Shown here: positions 8,603 through 16,095 of the stretch, piece by piece
How positions within the stretch are numbered: the stretch's first letter is position 1
Layout: every line of letters begins with the position of its first letter
Assembly (NCBI RefSeq): GCF_000143415.4
Contig: NW_003314523.1
Coordinates: 1 to 16,095, forward strand
DNA: 16,095 bases
DNA from: Selaginella moellendorffii
Lineage: Eukaryota > Plantae > Lycopodiophyta
Reading direction: 5' to 3'
Position numbers and translations under genes: made by a program
Notes under the pieces: model-generated
Told to the model about the DNA's origin: nothing
Databases searched by the model: none
Seen by the model: only the letters and a program-made list of their open reading frames with translations

Positions 8603-8683
8603 GTTTTTTAGCAGCGGCAAACTGGTCAGGCTCGAGGTATGAAAAATATGAGCTCGCTTTATCATTTCTTACTAATAATCTGT

Positions 8684-9080
8684 CCTTGATGGAAACAAAG
8701 GTTGGTCCCATTTGTATCTTATGCCACAGAAGAAAACGCAGAAAAAAACCAAGAGCTTGATAGAGAGGATTCCGGGCAGGCTTTAGATGGTCGATGGCTG
8801 GATACAGAGGCATCGGTGGGAAGTTCTCTCGCTCAAAACGAGGCGCTCAAAGAGCGTGGCCTTGCAAGGCGGACGCGTTGGTGTATTCTTAAGTTCGTGC
8901 CTCAAGTGGAGAGATGTGGAGCTTGGCTGGATGGCCTTCAAGTCGGTTCTCAAGCTCGACGACGGAACAGGCTCTGCGTACTCTCTCACGTCCAACATCT
9001 ATGCCCGAGGTCAGTCGGATTTACAACATCGTGGGAAACAGTTGTGGGTAAGTTATAATGCTTTTTTTAACAGGAAGGCA
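8684..9080 (+). pseudogene. Internally deleted copy of the PPR pseudogene
   Basis: Mosaic of 3622-3647, a novel stretch of about 45 bp, 4064-4103, and then 5497-5797 (E domain). About 1.8 kb of the PPR array is missing. Confidence 0.85.
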
Positions 9081-9841
9081 TGGGGACTCAAGAGAAACGA
9101 GCAGAACACAAGCAAAGAACAGCGAAGAACAAGGATAAAGCAAGGAGAGGGGAAGCGGTTTAAAGGTATGTAATCGTTGCGTAATCCTACAGCAAAGCAT
9201 GGAAGTTTCTGGTCCCATTGGCCCCCAATGTTCATCATTTTCTCGCTCAGCATGCCTTCCAACCAGCAGTGGCCTTGTTAAACAAGCAGCTCCGCAAGCT
9301 TACCATGGATTTGTCACTCATGTTGGTAGAGCCACAAAAGTTCGTGTTTCCTCTCGTTTTTCTTCTGTTTTGCTTGCTTGCATACTTTTCGTGTGTCGAA
9401 TGAGCTTCCCTTATTCTGGCTGTCCAAAAGGTTTAAAATGCCATGTTGTCTGGATAATTTGCGTGACTTGTCTTGTAGAAACTTTGTTTAATCCATGAAT
9501 TTGCATCTTACACGACAGGAAGGAGAGCGCTTGAACGTGGATGATGGTGTGCTTTGGATCAACGTAGCCAGTGGAAGTTAGGAAAATGGAAGAACGAGGT
9601 AAAAACATTGACAGCAAAAGAAATGATCCTGTGATCTCCAGGTTTGCGGACACTGGAAACACTCGGTCTCGGTGATGAGGTTACTTTTTGGCGCAACAAG
9701 GACATCGATGTTCACTTGGTTGCTAACAAGAGGATGTTCTCAAGCTCAAAGGGTTGAACACGTAACAAATAAAAGGGAAAGAGTTGACGGCTTATAAATT
9801 CCCACACTCTAGGATCTATAGGGTAGGGAATTTAGGGTTTG

Positions 9842-10888
9842 ATGGCAGAAACTTTTGGAAGGCTATCTGGGGATCATGGGTTGGAGAGGAAAATCAATGT
9901 TTTTTGGGATTCTGGTTGTGACCGTGATATTATCTCACAGAAATTAGTAGATGAATTCAATATTACTGTGGACAGTAATTCACAAGTTAAAGATTTCAAG
10001 TTTATGGTGGAGGATTGTGAATTTAAAACAAGTTTGACTGTAAAACCATTGATTCTTGATCATGATATAATTTTGGGTTCACCTTGGATACATCAACATT
10101 GCTTAGAGTTAGACTGCAGTGGCACTATAAACAGTTTAACTTTTGAGGTCAATAATTCTATATATTGCCTCAAGGAGATTGATGGTGCCCTTGATGATCA
10201 CTACCAATTATATAAGTGCAGAAAATACAAGAGAATAAATCAACATATATGTACTACTTTTCATTATGCAAAATATAGTGGGAGAATCAATGATCATCAC
10301 ATCACATTTGTATTTGATAATGGTTCTGATTGGTCAGCTATATCACTTCAACTTCTCAAGAAACTTGGGCTCAAAGCAATTCGTGATTACAAGTATTTTA
10401 CAAAAAGATTAACTGCAGATGTGCAAATGAAAGATGGTTATGGAATTGAGAATTTAACTTATAAAATGGGAAGCTTTTCAGAAAGTACAGATTTTATTGG
10501 TATAAAAGAGAATATAAATACCATATTTTTGGGGATGAATTGGCTTAAGAAGCACTCAGCAATAATTGACTTCAGGAATCATATTGTTACTTTTAAATCT
10601 AGTGAATTGGGTTGCTGGTATAGACTTCAATATCCAAATGGTGTATTTGAAGTCAGTAAAGATAGATTTGTTACTGAGACAGATAGTTTATGTTGGTGCC
10701 ACCAAAAAAAAAGGGCCTCAGTCTTGGTTATGGCAAAGGCAAGCAAGCTCTGGAGCAATTCTTTAGGATGGACAAGAATGGTTCTCCAAATCACATCACA
10801 ATTCTTACTGCACAGGATCAGATTGTTGACCAATACATTGTTAAGCTTGGAGTTTTTGAGTTCTAAAGGCAAAGCCGTGCATGCTTGA
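9842..10888 (+). CDS. Tandem double retropepsin-like aspartic protease domain protein, copy 2
   Basis: Same as 6514-7539: domain 1 identical, 5 amino-acid changes in domain 2, and a 7-aa in-frame indel in the PPR-derived tail. ATG at 9842. Confidence 0.8.
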   Translation: MAETFGRLSGDHGLERKINVFWDSGCDRDIISQKLVDEFNITVDSNSQVKDFKFMVEDCEFKTSLTVKPLILDHDIILGSPWIHQHCLELDCSGTINSLTFEVNNSIYCLKEIDGALDDHYQLYKCRKYKRINQHICTTFHYAKYSGRINDHHITFVFDNGSDWSAISLQLLKKLGLKAIRDYKYFTKRLTADVQMKDGYGIENLTYKMGSFSESTDFIGIKENINTIFLGMNWLKKHSAIIDFRNHIVTFKSSELGCWYRLQYPNGVFEVSKDRFVTETDSLCWCHQKKRASVLVMAKASKLWSNSLGWTRMVLQITSQFLLHRIRLLTNTLLSLEFLSSKGKAVHA

Positions 10889-10947
10889 GCTCTGGCTTTT
10901 GTGGACCAAGGGGACCTCTCTCGTGGACATATACCTCTCTGGACATG
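10715..10947 (+). pseudogene. PPR gene remnant homologous to 4692-4963, overlapping the 3' end of protease copy 2
   Basis: gcaaaggcaagcaagctctggagcaattctttaggatggacaagaatggtt aligns to gcaaaggcgagcaagctcttgagatattctttagcatggacgagaatggtt (4719-4769). Confidence 0.85.
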
Positions 10948-11038
10948 AGTCATAACATAAATTGTTTTATATTTTGATTCTGTTTGAATAAATATTATCA
11001 TAAGTAAATATAATTTGCTACACATTGCTACATTTAAT

Positions 11039-11640
11039 GCTTAGTTTGTTTAATAGTAGTGTTATTTCTATAAATTAATCCAATTGATCAATTAAAGTTC
11101 ATAATTATAAACATGTTGATAATTTATAAACACAAGATTAATCATAGTAGAATAAACTAGAATATACTAGAAAGTGTTTAGAAAAATTTATAATCTAAAA
11201 ACATATTTATAAATTAGAGATACAAGATTAGTCTAAATGAATAACAACTGTTAGATGGTAGAATATCCTAGAATATCCAAGCATATTCTAGGTATAATCA
11301 CTATCCCCTTATAGGTTTGGTTAAGCAAACAAATAATTTGGTGCACGTTGCATGCAATAATACTTAATTTGCTTAATAGTAATTTATTAATCCATTTGGT
11401 CAAAGAAACGTTTATAATTATAAAGATATTGATAATTTATAGACACAAGATTAATCTTATTTAATATCAACCATTTGAATGTAGAATAAACTAGAATATA
11501 TTAAGAAGTGTTTAAGAAAGTTTACAGATTAATTCAAATGAATAACAACTGTTAGAAAATATCTTAAAATATCCAAGCATATTTTAGATATATCCACTAC
11601 CTTTCTACAGGTTTGTTTATGAAAACAAAAAATTTAGATA
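11039..11640. repeat. Degenerate AT-rich tandem repeat, about two units of roughly 280-330 bp
   Basis: These blocks each occur twice, in the same order: 'tataattataaa..ttgataatttata.acacaagattaatc', 'tagaataaactagaatata' and 'aaatgaataacaactgttaga..aatatccaagcatatt'. Confidence 0.75.
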
Positions 11641-12510
11641 AATTGAAAACTACAAATAAATTATTCACTAAAAAATATAACATATATGTTTATACATATG
11701 TATAAAGTTTAACAGAAAGAGAATGATTATTTATATTTTCCAAATAATATTATAGTTATAAATAATACTCACTATTAAAAAAGATTATTCATTTTGTAAT
11801 TTGAAACAATTATGGTTTCATTTATATTACCCAAATTAAACGCCAGGTGCCTATATATCTTATTTATATTAACATTATTGTTATTTTTATTAGTGTTTTA
11901 TTTAGCATTGGATTGAAATATTATTGGATATTCATGGTATATTTAATTGAAATTATTTATTAAAATTTTCTAACACTAAGCACCAACATAGATTAGAGTA
12001 AAATGACTTTGAAACAACTATAATATTTCATTGAGTATTTCTTATGACAAAAATTTATCCAATTTTCCTACATAGTTTTCTTTTTTTCTAAATGTTTAAA
12101 ATACAAACTTATGAGTTGGAATAAATACATGTCTATATATGGCATGCACCATTATTTTGAAAATTACTAAACTACTTAAGTGTTACCTCTGATTTGTGAT
12201 CTCTGGCTCCATCGTAACTTGATCATAACTTGATCAAGGAGGCAGAATTATACTATGTACATACCAAAACAAGTTACTAGCTAACGTGTATATTTCACCT
12301 TTGTGGTAGCTTTCACATATACTAAAGCAAATTACATATATAACTTGTCGTTAACTTCCCATAATTAATGTATCATCTTGCACCCTTGCTTTTCATAGTG
12401 CTTCAAAAGAATTACCAACAATGGAAAGGCATGAAAAGACCATAATCTGGTAATGCAAAACAAACCAAACAAAATGGACTGTGCTAAAAAAGTATTTATT
12501 AAATTTGTGG

Positions 12511-13206
12511 TCAAAATGAGCACCAACACAAACTACTCATCTCTTTGCCAAATCTATCTTTACTTGCTTCATATATACCAGATGGGTATTGAAATCTATA
12601 CCAACAATCCAACTCTTTGGATATAAAAGTAACAATATGATTCCTGTAGTTAATTATTGCTGAGTGATTATGAAGCCAGTCAATCCCAAGAAATATGGTT
12701 TCTCTATAATCTTCTAGACCAATAAAATTTCTTCTTTCTAAAAAGTTTAATTATAACATACCAATTCCATAACTTTCATTTGAACTTATGGAGTTAGTCT
12801 TTCTGCAAAATACTTGGAATCGTGAACTACTTTAACCCCGAGTTTCCCGATAAGTATTCCAGAACTTGCACAACCATTATCTATTTCAATTCTGATTTTC
12901 TGATCATTGATTCTCCCACAGTATGTATATGTTGATTTATTCTCTTGTATTTTCTAGACTTAGATAAGTTGCAATCACCCATGAGGCAATATGTAGTCCT
13001 CAAATGTTAAAGTATTTATTATGCCATTGCAGTCTAACTCTAAGTAGTGTTTATGTATCCAAAGTGAACCCAAAATTATATTATAATCAAGAATCATTAG
13101 TAATACAGTCAAAGTTCTCATAACTTCACTCATAAACTTTGAGTTACTGTTAATAGTAATATTAAACTCATCCACCAACTTCTCATCTTTCAAGCCTTTT
13201 GCTATC
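12511..13206 (-). pseudogene. Diverged, inverted third copy of the double-retropepsin gene
   Basis: The reverse strand reads KLVDEFNIT..ILDYNIILGSLWIHKHYLELDC, GRINDQKIRIEIDNGCASSGI and ETIFLGIDWLHNHSAIINYRNHIVTF..LDCWYRFQYPSGIYEASKDRFGKEMSSLCWCSF* (TGA 12511-12513). ATG has become ATA, the first DSG motif is deleted, and there are frameshifts and an internal stop. Confidence 0.88.
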
Positions 13207-13419
13207 AAACCCTAAACTTACAAATTTTATGGATTTCACCAGCAGGGCTTTTGCTAGTCAACAACTTACACATGGTTCCACCATACGAGGAGAATAGCAA
13301 TAAAGAACTTTCTCGAGTTTTCCAATTGTTGGTTGGCAGCACGCAGCATTCAAAGAACGTACCCTAATTTACCTTAAGAAACCACCAGTACATGCAATCT
13401 TTCTCTGGCATCGGAAAAA

Positions 13420-14317
13420 TTAGTCCGTTACACTCGGGCACGAGCTCCAAAAATTTTCAAGCGGCTCCATGATGATCATTCCGGGATATGCCTCGATCGT
13501 GTTCCAACGTCGCTCAAAGCTCCTCGAGTTCACCAGCTTGCTCTGGCCACGATTCGTATACGTCGCGAATAGCCTCTCGGGTTTAAGTTTCTGCTTAGAC
13601 GCTTCATGCTTGAGCCTCTGCTTCTGCAGAAAGTTGTCAAATGCAACCCGGTCACGCTCCATAGCTTCTTTCACATTTCCCAGAACGAAGCGCCTCTCCT
13701 TCTCTCTTTACTTTTCGGTAGAGCTATCCTGTTCTCTATATTCTCCTGGCATTGAGAGCATACGCAGATATCCAGCAAGCTTCGAAGACGTCCTTCCGCG
13801 GCCTATAAAGAAGAAAGAAGAAATAAAACGATGGTCTAAACTCAAGAAAGAAGGAGCCTTCGACCAACCTTAGCAGAAGCTTCCATGTTCAAAGCATTCT
13901 CCTCCGAGTCGATGAGCGCCTCAATCTCTTTGAGAAGCTTTAACTTCTCACGAGAGAACCCCGCGAAGTCCCACAGCTCCAGCTGCCTCTTCTTGTTCAT
14001 CAAATCCCCACCGTGATCCTTCTTCGACCCGAGCGTGCTCTGGACCCTGGACCAAGCTGCCCTGTTCGACCAAGGATTCGATAGAAAGCCCTTCCCATTC
14101 ACCGACATTGTCCGAAGAGCATTAGCCTGGAGCGCACGGAGAAAGTTTGGTACCGGGGGCAAGTGAGGAGGAGTGAGGAAGGGTGAGGAGGTAAAGGAGG
14201 AGGAGAAGGAGTAGCGACATTGATGTCCCTGGAGATCTTCTCGCGCTTGGTCGAGAAGGGCCACTGGAAAGCCTCTGCCCTGAAATGCCTCTTCTTGACG
14301 CCATTGAGAACTTCCAT
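13420..14317 (-). pseudogene. Decayed copy A' of the uncharacterised gene family
   Basis: Homologous to about 984-2095. Exon 1 has frameshifting deletions, and a deletion of about 220 bp (equivalent to 1116-1336) near 13717 removes intron 2 and shifts the frame. The sequence is non-homologous below about 13583. Confidence 0.85.
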
Positions 14318-14443
14318 GGCCGGATCATGCTCGCGCTACCACCGAGGCTGCCGGAGCTGCTGCCACTCGCAGTTAGTTGTTAAACCTGGAAATGTCCCGC
14401 TGCCATCTCAAGTCGAAGTATATTCGTTCATTTGAAATTTAAA

Positions 14444-16095
14444 ACAAAAATGTTTGCCTCGTAAACTTCCGGAGATACAGAAAACTCGGCAGTTCGTCAA
14501 TGTTTCTCGGCGAGATTGGACTTGATCTGGAATCATACAAGAGCTTGCTATGAATAGTTTGATCTAGGCGCAAACCTTAGTTAGCGGTGAAATTGCTCTG
14601 TCTCCATACCTCGAGATTTTTCTCGAACGAAGGTTCCAACGCGATTGTAGAAAAGCTTGCCCTGGGGTCAAGCTCGTACCTTGACACTGGACTCATTCTC
14701 GAGCTCCCATTCTCATCGTCGGTCGCACAGAGAGCTTAATCCGATGGAAGATGGATTTGCGTCGGTCAGCCTCTTCGAGCATCGGATCGCTGAAAGAAAG
14801 ATCACATTGACCATCTGGAGGTGCTGGATCACATAAAATCCTGGAGTATTCTTCTTGTTACGTTCGATCCAAGCCGATCAAACGTCTTGGGTGTAGAGGT
14901 TGTCTGGAAGACAATCCTAGCAGCCTGGCAGCATGACACCTGATCTCTCTGTCAAGAACTCCTATGGAAGTGCTTAAGCCTTGGTTCCCACAAACTCCTC
15001 GTGGCGATTCGGTTTAAGCGGTCTACCAGCCTTCTCGCAATCTGGCTGCGGGATTGGCTTCAGTTCACTACGAGGCAATGTCCTCCGTTTTCTAGTGTCT
15101 TCGCGGTTACTTCCGCCTCCTCGTGGAACCCGAGAAGTTTACCACCTCTGGGGTGAGTTATGGCGATTGGTGCTCTTAGGGAGAGGAGATTGGATTCTTT
15201 GCGATAAACAATAAGTTGCAACCACAAGAGGGATGGTTCCAAAATTGAGTCCATCACTTTAAAAAACAGATCCTTGGAGCTCCTTCCAAGCGGCGATCTC
15301 CGGGTCCACGGAAACCTGGTCGTGCTTGTCGCTTAAATCGTCCTTTTGGAGAGCATCGTCCAGTGAGTTGTCAAGAAAGCTCAGATACTTCCCAAGAAAG
15401 CTCCCCTTCACCTCGCCAAGTTTCTGCTTAGACACTTCATGCTTGAGCCTCTGCTTCTGCAGAAAGTTGTCAAGCGCAACCCGGTCACGCTCCATGGCTT
15501 CTTTCACATTTCCAAGAAAGAAGCGCCTCTCCTTCTCTCTTTCCTTTTCGAGAGACTCCTGCTTCGTGAAATCTCTCTTCATCGTTCCTGGAAGCTGAGA
15601 GCACGCAACCAAAGCAATACTTCCGACCTAGAAAACTATATCTAAGTGTCACCTTCGTGGTTTTGGGACCTTCCAGCGCTGGTGCTGTCTGATCCTCTTG
15701 CTTTGCAGTCGCTACATTCGTTCTTGCTGAAATAACCTTGCCATCGTCCAAACCTTTGGTTCTCACGCTTTGTAGAGCTATCCTGTTCTCTATATTCTCC
15801 TGGCATTGAGAGCATACGCAGATATCCAGCAAGCTTCGAAGACGTCCTTCCGCGGCCTATAAAGAAGAAAGAAGAAATAAAACGATGGTCTAAACTCAAG
15901 AAAGAAGGAGCCTTCGACCAACCTTAGCAGAAGCTTCCATGTTCAAAGCATTCTCCTCCGAGTCGATGAGCACCTCAATCTCATTGAGAAGCTTTAACTT
16001 CTCACGAGAGACCCCGCGAAGTCCCACAGCTCCAGCTGCCTCTTCTTGTTCATCAAATCCCCACCGTGATCCTTCTTCGACCCGACCGTGCTCTG
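14444..16095. repeat. Direct repeat, right copy (partner 1-1660)
   Basis: See the left copy. Confidence 0.95.
15259..16095 (-). CDS. Copy A'' of the uncharacterised gene, 5' end beyond the window. Exons >16095-15923, 15856-15653, and 15594 to 15316 or 15259
   Basis: Same splice sites as copy A at offset +14435. One base is missing near 16011 (gagagacccc vs gagagaacccc), which is either a real frameshift or a contig-end error. Confidence 0.5.

Larger units (their letters stand above)
7947..11477 (+). repeat. Segmental tandem duplication, unit 2
   Basis: Same gene order as unit 1; shorter because of the PPR deletion. Confidence 0.92.

Noticed and set aside
11039-11640. CRISPR-like or RNA gene array
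   Set aside because: Long degenerate AT-rich duplication without a repeat-spacer structure; no tRNA or rRNA signature seen anywhere in the window.
1-16095. LTR retrotransposon (terminal direct repeats enclosing protease ORFs)
   Set aside because: The repeats encode a spliced gene, show no TG...CA ends or clear PBS/PPT, and no gag, RT, RNase H or integrase is present.

Overview
Eukaryotic (plant) nuclear DNA. The 52-66 nt GT-AG introns and the style of PLS-class PPR gene suggest a lycophyte such as Selaginella (inference). The window is almost entirely nested duplications. (1) A minus-strand, spliced, uncharacterised gene family has three copies: 770-1982 apparently intact, 13420-14317 decayed, and 15259->16095 cut by the window edge. 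Positions 1-1650 recur about 14.44 kb downstream. (2) A head-to-tail duplicated cassette (about 3189-7948 and 7947-11477) contains a 5'-truncated OEX2-like 5'-3' exonuclease, a decayed PLS-E PPR gene, and an intact, intronless, AT-rich ORF encoding two tandem retropepsin (Ty3/gypsy-type aspartic protease) domains in one chain, with no gag, RT or integrase. (3) A third, older, inverted and pseudogenised copy of the double-protease gene lies at 12511-13216. The most notable feature is the stand-alone single-chain double retropepsin. It has its own TATA + telo-box, stays intact while its neighbours decay, and gained its C-terminal tail from a PPR remnant read out of frame.
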